Below, in pieces: positions 18,596 through 26,924 of a stretch of 64,000 nucleotides of DNA. The notes under the pieces are model-generated. The model was not told where the DNA came from and searched no databases. It saw only the letters and a list, made by a program, of their open reading frames with translations. The DNA is from a virus. The stretch lies in IMG/VR virus record IMGVR_UViG_3300031132_000332. One strand, 5' to 3'. Numbering within the stretch: position 1 is the first letter of the stretch; each line of letters starts with the position of its first letter. Position numbers and translations under genes: made by a program.

Positions 18596-19438
18596 ATGAT
18601 GAAGGATGACGAAACAATTGCACTCACCGCTCTTCGAGTCGGAACTGACTGGGATTTGATGCCATGGTTTAACATCAAATGGGATACAGATCAGCAGAAG
18701 TTCCGAACATTCATTGAATTGGATGCTGAATACGACGGTAAAGAAGGCTTGTATGAGCTTCTCACCTTAGATGATGCTGCAACGTTGGAGAAAACAGCAA
18801 CTGAGTATGCAACAAACACCAGCACGCTCATCCAAAACGGTCGTCTTAAACGTAACGAAGTCAAAGATGAGCGGATGATGACAGCAGTGGCTTCCCGCAT
18901 CGCCAATACGGATGAAGACCTGCCGTACAGTCTTGTCACCATCAAGAACTGGGTACAGCCCGCAGCTGCTGACCTACGAGGTTTCACACCCAAAGAAGAG
19001 AAGACAGGACTGTTCGTACTCAAAGTTGTCCAGCTCCTCTCCAGCATCGGGTACTGGCAAGACAGTATTGCCATCAAACATCCATCAACCAAATGGAACA
19101 GTCGTCTCAACAAGCATGAGCTGACAGAACCACACTTCACGCTCACTGTCACAGTGCACTGGATGTTCTCCATGGAATGCATCACCGATGTACGCATTGA
19201 TGAGCGAACATACCCTGAACTGGAACAAGCGGTAGAAGATATCCTCTTCAACGCTCACACCACCATTGACTATGATGATGAAGTGAACCTCAGTAGTTAT
19301 GCTGTCATGCTCTACGCTGCCCGTCAAGAGCAGTATCATGCAATCACTGATGCATTCAAACGAGGACTCCCAGAAGACTTCGTTGACCTGTTCGCAGAAA
19401 CAGCAAGCTACAACATCGTTCCAGAATACGCTTCCTGA
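18596..19438 (+). CDS. Hypothetical protein, probably leaderless
   Basis: 280-aa ORF; TGcTACGAT (-10 at 18584-89) lies 6 nt before the ATG. Confidence 0.7.
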   Translation: MMKDDETIALTALRVGTDWDLMPWFNIKWDTDQQKFRTFIELDAEYDGKEGLYELLTLDDAATLEKTATEYATNTSTLIQNGRLKRNEVKDERMMTAVASRIANTDEDLPYSLVTIKNWVQPAAADLRGFTPKEEKTGLFVLKVVQLLSSIGYWQDSIAIKHPSTKWNSRLNKHELTEPHFTLTVTVHWMFSMECITDVRIDERTYPELEQAVEDILFNAHTTIDYDDEVNLSSYAVMLYAARQEQYHAITDAFKRGLPEDFVDLFAETASYNIVPEYAS

Positions 19439-19464
19439 CCGATAGAAGAATACGAATCATAGGT

Positions 19465-19502
19465 GCAGGGTTGCTGACTTAGTTGTCAGCAACCCTGCTT
19501 TT
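19465..19502 (+). terminator. Intrinsic terminator
   Basis: 14-bp stem GCAGGGTTGCTGAC / GTCAGCAACCCTGC followed by a T-run. Confidence 0.8.
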
Positions 19503-19854
19503 CATTTGCCTACTTTCCCTGCATGTTCTTGCACTGCTTCTGCTGTCCTCCCGCGTAGCGTGCTGCGTGAATACTGAACGTTTGATGTTGCCCAGCTGGA
19601 AGAAAAGCAGTTCAGTGCGAAAAATGCCGTCCATTTCGGACCTCTGTTAGGGTATAAAACCGTTCAAAAATCGTCTTTCCGAGACCGTAAAAAAGTTTCC
19701 AAGAAAGTTAATTTTTCGAGCAATTCACTATTATCCCAGGTCAGCAATACGATCCCCTCCCAGAAAGGTCGAAACTCGCATTTCGATCCTCAGGGAAACA
19801 TGTCAAAAATGAAAAACCGGAACGATAGTCATAACACTACGAAAACAAAACCAG

Positions 19855-19902
19855 TCGCAACATACAGTAGTTGCGAACCAAAACTACCCCAAGATATAGA
19901 AG
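19855..19902 (+). promoter_or_regulatory. Tandem NrdR boxes
   Basis: tcgCAACATACAGtag (19855-70) and cccCAAGATATAGaag (19887-902), offset 32 bp, directly upstream of nrdH; both resemble acaCwAtATaTwGtgt. Confidence 0.65.
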
Positions 19903-19915
19903 AAAGAAAAACATC

Positions 19916-20155
19916 ATGGTCTTAGAACTTTTGTCCAAACCAGCTTGCGTACAGTGCACAGCAACCAAGCGTACATTCGACTCCAAAGGTGCCGAATACA
20001 AAACCACTGACCTGACACAGGATGCAGACGCACTCGCAGAAGCAAAAGGACTCGGCTACATGGCAGCCCCAGTCGTCCTCGTTCGTGACGCAGTAGGAAA
20101 CCTTGTAGATCACTGGAGCGGATTCCGTCCAGAGAAAATTGCTCAGTACGTCTAA
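19916..20155 (+). CDS. nrdH: Glutaredoxin-like NrdH
   Basis: CVQC motif, GYMAAPVV, HWSGFRPEKI. Start set at ATG 19916 after AGAAAGAA. Confidence 0.95.
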   Translation: MVLELLSKPACVQCTATKRTFDSKGAEYKTTDLTQDADALAEAKGLGYMAAPVVLVRDAVGNLVDHWSGFRPEKIAQYV

Positions 20156-20180
20156 CTAAAACTTTACAAACAAAAACCAA

Positions 20181-20218
20181 CTGCCTGCCAAGCTTGAAAA
20201 AATGAGCTTGGCAGGCAG
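20181..20218. terminator. 14-bp hairpin between nrdH and nrdI
   Basis: CTGCCTGCCAAGCT / AGCTTGGCAGGCAG; no long U-tract on the plus strand. Confidence 0.5.
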
Positions 20219-20239
20219 AATCGTCTACACTGGAACCAA

Positions 20240-20698
20240 ATGTTACACCTAGTCTACTTCTCAAACGTGTCAGAGAACACACATCGCTTCATCACACGAT
20301 TGACGAGCGAAGCAGACCAGGCAAACACCCCAATCAGCAGCACCCGACTCCCAATCCAAGGCGAACAACCAGTCATCACAAAAGACTACATACTCATCGC
20401 CCCATCATATGGTACAGACAAAAACGGCCACGTCCCACCCCAAGTGAAGAAATTCCTTGCCAACGCTGACAGCCGCCAACACTGCGTAGGAGTCATCGGA
20501 GCAGGCAACATCAATTTCGGAGATGAATTCGCTGTCTCAGGAGATGTGCTCGCCCACAAACTCCAAGTCCCGCTGCTCTACAAATTTGAACTCTCCGGGT
20601 TCCACAAAGACACCAGAATGCTCCTCCGCCTCATAGAATTAGACCGAGAAGCAATCCAAGAAATTTCAGAGAAAAACACAAGAAAGGTAACAGCATAA
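20240..20698 (+). CDS. nrdI: Class Ib RNR flavodoxin NrdI
   Basis: LVYFSNVSENTHRF, YILIAPSYG, VPPQVKKFL, GVIGAGNINFG, VPLLYKFELSG. Confidence 0.95.
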   Translation: MLHLVYFSNVSENTHRFITRLTSEADQANTPISSTRLPIQGEQPVITKDYILIAPSYGTDKNGHVPPQVKKFLANADSRQHCVGVIGAGNINFGDEFAVSGDVLAHKLQVPLLYKFELSGFHKDTRMLLRLIELDREAIQEISEKNTRKVTA

Positions 20699-22959
20699 TG
20701 AGTGCTTTTAGCCAAACAGAAGGTGTGGAGACAGTACACTCCACCCTCAAAGCGAAAGATGCAGGCTCAGACTACATCTCACTCAACGCAGCACTAGAAA
20801 CATGGGGAACCGCAGAAGACGGCACCCAGTACGTACAGTATGACAAAGACCGAGAAGCTGCCCGTCAGTTCTTCCTCAACCACGTCAACCCAAACATGTA
20901 CAACGCCCTTGACCTGGAAGAGAAAATCCGCTTCCTCGTTGACGAAGACTACTACGAGCGTGAATTCCTCGAGAAGTACGACTTCGCATTCGTCAAGCAG
21001 CTCTTCAAAGATGTTTACGCAGAGAAGTTCCGTTTCGCAACATTCGTAGGTGCCTACAAGTTCTACAACTCCTACGCACTCAAAACCTTCGACGGTAAGC
21101 GTTACCTCGAGCGTTTCGAAGACCGCGTAGCAGCAACCGCACTCTTCATCGCAGACGGTGACGAAGCATTCGCAACCAAGCTCGCAAAAGAAATGATTTC
21201 AGGTCGTTTCCAGCCAGCAACCCCAACCTTCCTCAACGCAGGAAAGAAGCAGCGTGGAGAACTCGTCTCCTGCTTCCTCCTCAACGTAGAAGACAACCTC
21301 AACAGCATCATGCGTGCAGTCAACTCCGCTGCACAGCTGTCAAAGCGTGGAGGTGGAGTAGCCCTCAACCTCACCAACGTTCGTGGTAAAGGTGACCCAA
21401 TCAAGAAGATTGAGAACCAGGCATCCGGTGTTATCCCAGTCATGAAACTTCTGGAAGACACCTTCTCATACGCAAACCAGCTCGGCGCACGCCAAGGAGC
21501 AGGAGCCGTATACCTCAACGCTCACCACATTGACATCATGGACTTCCTCGACACCAAGCGTGAGAACGCTGACGAGAAAATCCGTATCAAGACCCTCTCA
21601 CTCGGTATAGTCGTTCCAGACATCACTTTTGAGCTTGCTCGTAAGGGTGAGAAGATGTACCTATTTTCTCCCTACGACCTTCAGCAGGTCTATGGTAAGG
21701 AGATGGCCTGGTTAAACATCAGCGATATTTACCGTGAAGCTGTTGAGAACCCACGTATCCGCAAGAAGTCCATTGACCCACGTGACTTCCTCTCCACCCT
21801 GGCTGAAATCCAGATGGAATCAGGTTACCCATACATCATCTTTGAAGACGCTGTAAACCGTGCAAGCAACGTACCTGGTAAAATCAACATGTCCAACCTT
21901 TGTGTTGAGATTATGCAGCCTCAGGAAGAGTCCATCATCCGTGATGACCAGACCTTCGAAAAGGTTGGTAAGGACATCTCCTGCAACCTTGGTTCATTGA
22001 ACATTGCTAAGGCCATTGAATCACCTGACCTTGGTGTCACAGTGGAAGCTGCTATCCGCACCTTGACTCAGGTTTCAGACATGTCCTACATTGACGCTGT
22101 ACCAACAGTTGCTGAGGGTAACCGTCGTAGTCACGCCATTGGATTGGGCCAGATGAACTTACATGGTGCCTTCGCTAAGCACCACATCTACTTCGGTGAT
22201 GAAGAGTCCATTGACTTGACAAGCGCTTACTTCTACGTTGTTCTGTACCACGCTCTACGTACTTCTAACTTGATTGCTACTGAAAAGAATGCCGTCTTTG
22301 ACGGTTTCTGGAAGTCTAAGTATGCAAGTGGTGAGTTCTTTGAGCGTTACACTAACCCTCAGTTCGCTTTCGGTCCTCAGACTGATAAGGTCAAGGCTAT
22401 CTTTGCTGAGAACAACATCTTTGTTCCTGGTGTAGATGAGTGGAAAGAGCTTGCAACTAAGGTCGCTGAGCATGGTTTATATAACTCACATACTCAAGCA
22501 GTCCCCCCAACAGGCAGTATCAGTTATGTTAACAACTCTACTCCTTCCACTTTGCCTGCGACGTTTACTCTTATTGAGAAGCGTTCCGAAGGTAAGCTCG
22601 GAACCGTTTATGTGCCTAATGCGTTTGCAGAAGGAAACGAAGAGTACTACTCTGGACACAACATGTTCGAGATTGACCCTAAGAAGGTTATTGATGTCAA
22701 CTCCGTAGTTCAGTACTACGTTGACCAGTCAATTTCTCTAACCTTAGGGTACAAGTCCTCTGTCACTACCAAGGATGTTACTAAGAACATTCTTTATGCT
22801 TTCAGCAAGGGCAAGCCTTCTGCTAAGGCTTTGGATGAGCGTGGTGAAATGCTCGCCCGCTACCCACATGCTGAAATCAAGTCTCTGTACTATGTTCGCG
22901 TGAACAACATTGGCCTCGACGGCACACAGGACGAGACCTGCGTCAGTTGTGCTCTCTAA
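20698..22959 (+). CDS. nrdE: Class Ib ribonucleotide reductase alpha subunit
   Basis: FQPATPTFLNAG, SCFLL, GGGVAL, RQGAGAVYL, SNLCVE, CNLGS, PPTGSISY, C-terminal CVSC. TAATG coupling to nrdI. Confidence 0.97.
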   Translation: MSAFSQTEGVETVHSTLKAKDAGSDYISLNAALETWGTAEDGTQYVQYDKDREAARQFFLNHVNPNMYNALDLEEKIRFLVDEDYYEREFLEKYDFAFVKQLFKDVYAEKFRFATFVGAYKFYNSYALKTFDGKRYLERFEDRVAATALFIADGDEAFATKLAKEMISGRFQPATPTFLNAGKKQRGELVSCFLLNVEDNLNSIMRAVNSAAQLSKRGGGVALNLTNVRGKGDPIKKIENQASGVIPVMKLLEDTFSYANQLGARQGAGAVYLNAHHIDIMDFLDTKRENADEKIRIKTLSLGIVVPDITFELARKGEKMYLFSPYDLQQVYGKEMAWLNISDIYREAVENPRIRKKSIDPRDFLSTLAEIQMESGYPYIIFEDAVNRASNVPGKINMSNLCVEIMQPQEESIIRDDQTFEKVGKDISCNLGSLNIAKAIESPDLGVTVEAAIRTLTQVSDMSYIDAVPTVAEGNRRSHAIGLGQMNLHGAFAKHHIYFGDEESIDLTSAYFYVVLYHALRTSNLIATEKNAVFDGFWKSKYASGEFFERYTNPQFAFGPQTDKVKAIFAENNIFVPGVDEWKELATKVAEHGLYNSHTQAVPPTGSISYVNNSTPSTLPATFTLIEKRSEGKLGTVYVPNAFAEGNEEYYSGHNMFEIDPKKVIDVNSVVQYYVDQSISLTLGYKSSVTTKDVTKNILYAFSKGKPSAKALDERGEMLARYPHAEIKSLYYVRVNNIGLDGTQDETCVSCAL

Positions 22960-22995
22960 CAAAAATGTAGCAACTTTCTGAAAGTTGTTCTCTGA

Positions 22996-23041
22996 AACCA
23001 GTGAATCCTCTCCTTATTTTAAGGTAGAGGATTCACTGGTT
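22996..23041. terminator. Hairpin after nrdE
   Basis: 16-bp stem AACCAGTGAATCCTCT / AGAGGATTCACTGGTT. Confidence 0.7.
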
Positions 23042-23059
23042 AAGTGATATAATAGATGC

Positions 23060-24892
23060 ATGCCAAAAGAAAAGTTACCTGCTTATCTAATTTCACAGTT
23101 TCATCCTGTGAAAAATGGTAACTTGCTGCCAGAAACTCTTACCACCGGTTCTAACAAAAAAGTTTGGTGGTGTATAGAGGAATGTGGACATGAATTTGAA
23201 TCTCGTGTTTTCTCTCGTGTAAAAGGAGCGGGATGTTCTCTTTGTACTGGCAAAATTATTGTAGTTGGCATTAATGACTTAGCTACTACTCATCCTATTC
23301 TTGCTGCTCAATGGCATCCTACTAAGAACGGTGTATTGTTGCCTACTCATGTCACAATAGGTAACAATAAAATGGTGTGGTGGATTGATGAGCATGGCCA
23401 TATCTGGAAAGCGAAAATTTGCAATAGAGCAAACAAAACCTCCACCAATGTTTCCTCTTGTCCAGTTTGCTTGAATAAACAAGTCCTTGTTGGATTCAAT
23501 GATTTGCCCACAACGCACCCTCTTCTTGCAGCTCAATGGCATCCCACAAAGAATGGCAACTTGCTGCCTACTGATGTGACAGCTGGTTATACTAAACAGG
23601 TTTGGTGGTTGGATGAGTACGGCCATGTATGGAAAGCTACTGTAGCTAACCGTACAAGAAAACGTAGTAATGGCACTGGTTGCCCTACCTGTGCAGGACA
23701 CTATTCCCAGGAAGAAAGATACATCGGAGATGAGCTAGCCGCTCAGTGGCACCCAACGAAGAATGGGAAGTTACTGGCTACTGATGTGTCTAAGGGTTCA
23801 GATAAGCTTGTTTGGTGGCTTGGACCTTGCACTCATGAATGGGAAGCTGTTGTTGGTTCCCGAGCGCTTTTAGGGAGAAACTGCCCGTATTGTTCGGGTA
23901 ATAAAGTGCTTATTGGGTTCAACGATTTTGCCAGTCAGCAGCCAGTTCTTCTTGAAGAGTTTCATCCAGTTTTGAACGAAGATTTGAAGCCAAATGATTT
24001 TACTTCAGGTTCCAGACGTTTAGTGTGGTGGTTGTGTAAAACTTGTAGTCATGAATGGGAAGCTACCGTTGGTTCCAGAGTATATGGTAATGGCTGTCCT
24101 CAGTGTGCTGCTCGTAAGCACAACTTCATCTCCCAACCTGAGAAGGACTTGTATGAGTTCATTACGGGTCTTGGGTTTACTGTGTATCAGTCTGACCGCT
24201 CTGTCCTCAAGAACGTGTCTGCGAGGGAGCTTGATTTGTTTGTTCCTGAGCGGATGTTTGCTGTTGAGTTCAATGGTTTGTATTGGCATAGTGAGCTGGC
24301 TGGTAAGGGGTCTGAGTATCATCTGACGAAGTTCACTGCTGCTCGTGCTGCGGGTGTGGAGTTGTTACAGGTGTGGGAGGATGATTGGATGAATCGTCGT
24401 GCAGCTGTTCTGCATACTATTGCTTCCCGTCTGGGCGCGGTGCAGTCTGCTGCTTCTGGTGAATTTACTCCTATTGAGCTGACTCGAACACAGGTTGGTG
24501 AGTTCTTAGATGCGTATGCTATTCAGGGTGCTGTGTCTGCTGATGTGTTCTATGGTTTACAGGATGCTGCGGGCGTAATGCAGACAGTGCTTGCGCTTGA
24601 TGTTGATACTCACTCTGCTGAGGTTGTTCGATTTGCTGCTCGTGGTAATACGGGTAATGGTTTTGCGGAGTTGTTGACTCATGCTGTGAAGATATTAGAG
24701 CTGGACACTGTGACTGCTGTTGTTGATAACGCTGTGGATGATGCTGGCATGTTTGAGGCGTTCGGGTTTATCAAGGCTGGGGATATTGCTCCTGCTTCGT
24801 ATAGTTTGGTGAAGGCTTCTCGTGTTGCTGAGGCAGGCGATGGGAACCATATTTGGGATGCTGGTAAGACTAAGTATCGTTTTTCTGTGTGA
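23060..24892 (+). CDS. Zinc-ribbon (DUF4379-like) repeat protein with C-terminal Hef-like PD-(D/E)XK endonuclease; putative homing endonuclease
   Basis: About five repeats of HP.LAAQWHPTKNG.L.P..V..G..K.VWW...GH.W.A....R...CP.C, then SQPEKDL...RELDLFVPERMFAVEFNGLYWHSE. Leaderless: TGaTATAAT lies 6 nt before the ATG. Confidence 0.75.
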   Translation: MPKEKLPAYLISQFHPVKNGNLLPETLTTGSNKKVWWCIEECGHEFESRVFSRVKGAGCSLCTGKIIVVGINDLATTHPILAAQWHPTKNGVLLPTHVTIGNNKMVWWIDEHGHIWKAKICNRANKTSTNVSSCPVCLNKQVLVGFNDLPTTHPLLAAQWHPTKNGNLLPTDVTAGYTKQVWWLDEYGHVWKATVANRTRKRSNGTGCPTCAGHYSQEERYIGDELAAQWHPTKNGKLLATDVSKGSDKLVWWLGPCTHEWEAVVGSRALLGRNCPYCSGNKVLIGFNDFASQQPVLLEEFHPVLNEDLKPNDFTSGSRRLVWWLCKTCSHEWEATVGSRVYGNGCPQCAARKHNFISQPEKDLYEFITGLGFTVYQSDRSVLKNVSARELDLFVPERMFAVEFNGLYWHSELAGKGSEYHLTKFTAARAAGVELLQVWEDDWMNRRAAVLHTIASRLGAVQSAASGEFTPIELTRTQVGEFLDAYAIQGAVSADVFYGLQDAAGVMQTVLALDVDTHSAEVVRFAARGNTGNGFAELLTHAVKILELDTVTAVVDNAVDDAGMFEAFGFIKAGDIAPASYSLVKASRVAEAGDGNHIWDAGKTKYRFSV

Positions 24893-24908
24893 TTTTTTCT
24901 TCCTACTT

Positions 24909-24935
24909 TCATTTTTAGCAAGTACTTGCCGATAA
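24909..24935 (+). promoter_or_regulatory. sigma28-like promoter
   Basis: TCATTTTT-N11-GCCGATAA. Confidence 0.55.
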
Positions 24936-24973
24936 AGAAAGTAGAAGAGAGAAAATGATACTGGGAGGTTATC

Positions 24974-25405
24974 ATGGAGAGTACAACGCAATTGACACCG
25001 CAAGAAGCACAGAAGCTTCTGGATTCCGCTGAGCAGCTCAGTACGCAAACACATGAGGCAACGAAATGGCCGTATGTGGCGTTCTTGTTAGGTTTAGGTG
25101 CGGTTACTTCGTTTGGAACGCTGGGAATGTCTCTTATGGAGGGAACAGGTTTCGGATTGGCATATGCTGGCACACTGTTAGGTGGGTTTGCTTTGCTGAT
25201 GTTCTTCCTCATTAGCACGCAAGATCGTCGTGGTTTTGCTTTTAGTTCTCGGTGGAAACTGTATATGGGTGCTTGGTCAGCTGCGTATATTGCTGCGATT
25301 GCTGTTGTTGGTTTCGCGCATGGTTCTGTTGTTTTGACTGCAATTACTTCTGGTTTAGTATTTTTGGTGACGTTTGTTTCGGCGATGGTTGAGGTGAAGC
25401 GATGA
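24974..25405 (+). CDS. Four-TM membrane protein
   Basis: Four hydrophobic segments; SD GGGAGG; coupled to the following wHTH gene. Confidence 0.75.
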   Translation: MESTTQLTPQEAQKLLDSAEQLSTQTHEATKWPYVAFLLGLGAVTSFGTLGMSLMEGTGFGLAYAGTLLGGFALLMFFLISTQDRRGFAFSSRWKLYMGAWSAAYIAAIAVVGFAHGSVVLTAITSGLVFLVTFVSAMVEVKR

Positions 25406-25716
25406 CTGATGTGAATGTGCAACATCCTCGGTTGGATTTGTCGGAGGAGTTGGTGAATCCGGTTCGGTTTTCTATTGTTGCGATGTTGGCGAAGACGGGG
25501 ACGTTGAGTTTTCGTGAGGTTCGTGAGTCATTGCAGGTTTCGGATTCTGCGTTGAGTAAGCAGGTGTCTTCTTTGGAGGCTGCTGGGCTTGTGGGGGTCC
25601 GTAAGGAGTTCTTTGGGAAAACTCCCCGCACTCTACTTTCTATGACTTCTGAGGGGCGTACAGCGTGGGGAAAACATTTGGAAGCATTGCAGAGGATTGT
25701 TGACAGTCAATTGTAA
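25402..25716 (+). CDS. Winged-helix (MarR/ArsR-like) transcriptional regulator
   Basis: NPVRFSIVAML...LSFREVRESLQVSDSALSKQVSSLEAAGLV...RTLLSMTSEGR.AW..HLEAL. Confidence 0.85.
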   Translation: MTDVNVQHPRLDLSEELVNPVRFSIVAMLAKTGTLSFREVRESLQVSDSALSKQVSSLEAAGLVGVRKEFFGKTPRTLLSMTSEGRTAWGKHLEALQRIVDSQL

Positions 25717-25739
25717 TCCGTCAGATGTTGTTTATTGAG

Positions 25740-25824
25740 CATATGACCGATAAGGATAAGACGAACCTTTGTATTGATAAAGGTTCGTCTTATCCTTATT
25801 TATCCCCGAAAGCTTACTCCCCTT
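25740..25824 (+). promoter_or_regulatory. Conserved pilin-gene leader, copy 1: ACCGATAA plus perfect 21-bp hairpin plus GAAAG...CCCCTTATG
   Basis: Arms 25750-70 and 25779-99 are exact reverse complements; CATATGACCGATAAGGATAAG is identical to 30871-91. Confidence 0.8.
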
Positions 25825-26823
25825 ATGCTTAGACTCCACAATGTTCTGAAGTCGTCCCGCGCTGCGATTGACCTTGCCTCCATCATGGTGGGTATCATCA
25901 TCATTGGTCTTATCGGTGGTGTCATCGCTGCGACTGTTTTTGCTGTTATTCCTTGGTCTCAGGATAAAGCTGCGAAGCAACAATTAGAGTCTATTCATAC
26001 TGCTGAGAATGCCTTATACGGTCTCAGCAGCGACTCTAATGTTGCTTTACAAGGTGGAGCTACACGAGCCTCTTTTGGCTCTTCAATGCACTTGAATGCA
26101 AATGATTTGCTTACGTTAGATAAGACAGGACGGTACTGCGTTATCTCGGCTGCGGGTGGTAAGGATTACCATGCCTATGTGAAGAGCGGCTCTGGTAAAT
26201 GGTTTAGTGCTACAAACGCTCAGAAGAGTGCAACCCTATATGCAGGGTCTACTCCTTGTGTGAACGAATCGGATACTCCAGTGGGTTCTGGAACGCAGGC
26301 TCCTGGAACTGTTGATATTGGGGTAGATGATGGTTCAGGAAATGTTCCGACAGAACCTGCTGGGCCTGTTGTGAATGATGGAAGTCAGCCATATATAATG
26401 AACCCAGCTGATGGTTTTGGTTCTTGGTCTCCGACTTCTCAAAATTGTACTGTGCAAAGCAAACTTAATACTAACATGGTTATTTCCGTTTCGCAAAGTA
26501 TTACTGGATGCGATGTAACGCAAACATTTGCCACCATAGTTGGTAAAAAGTATACCTTCACAACCAACTTGTACGGTACTCGCGGTTTACAGTATGGTTG
26601 GGGAGATAATGCAGGGGTTTTAAATCTTTACGCTAACGCTAAATCAGGTATGAATTACAGTTCTATTATTGACCGTTTAGGAACTCGCACGACTGTTACT
26701 TCAACTTTTATTGCGACTGAGACAAGCACTAAGGTTTGGCTAAGAACATATCAAAGTGTGCAAACTCAAAACCTTCCTTATACGTTAACTTTTTCCAATA
26801 TTAGTTTGACTCCTGCGCCATAA
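25825..26823 (+). CDS. Pilin-like adhesin paralog with CBM-like C-terminal domain
   Basis: MLRLHNVLKSSRAAIDLASIMVGIIIIGLIGGVIAATVFAVIPWSQDKAAKQQL, Cys pair YCV...PCV, VDDGSGNVP junction, beta-rich C-terminus. Confidence 0.8.
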   Translation: MLRLHNVLKSSRAAIDLASIMVGIIIIGLIGGVIAATVFAVIPWSQDKAAKQQLESIHTAENALYGLSSDSNVALQGGATRASFGSSMHLNANDLLTLDKTGRYCVISAAGGKDYHAYVKSGSGKWFSATNAQKSATLYAGSTPCVNESDTPVGSGTQAPGTVDIGVDDGSGNVPTEPAGPVVNDGSQPYIMNPADGFGSWSPTSQNCTVQSKLNTNMVISVSQSITGCDVTQTFATIVGKKYTFTTNLYGTRGLQYGWGDNAGVLNLYANAKSGMNYSSIIDRLGTRTTVTSTFIATETSTKVWLRTYQSVQTQNLPYTLTFSNISLTPAP

Positions 26824-26924
26824 TAAGTTTTGTTTTAGAGCAAAACTTTAGACTGCACATAAAGCAAACAAATATGGTAAATCTGTATCCGTTTTCTATC
26901 TCTATTTGAAAGTTATTACCCCGC

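Noticed and set aside
19503-19854. tRNA or riboswitch in the long intergenic region
   Set aside because: No cloverleaf, T-loop/CCA or recognisable aptamer could be folded by eye.
20698-22959. Intein or intron in nrdE
   Set aside because: The ORF is continuous and near normal length; no C/S...HN splice motifs; only a short C-terminal insertion.
25774-25824. Longer upstream starts given by the ORF track (25774, 27967, 48328, 32068, 40706, 42272, 56327, 59574, 19871)
   Set aside because: Paralog alignment, SD position or promoter position favour the downstream starts reported in the features.
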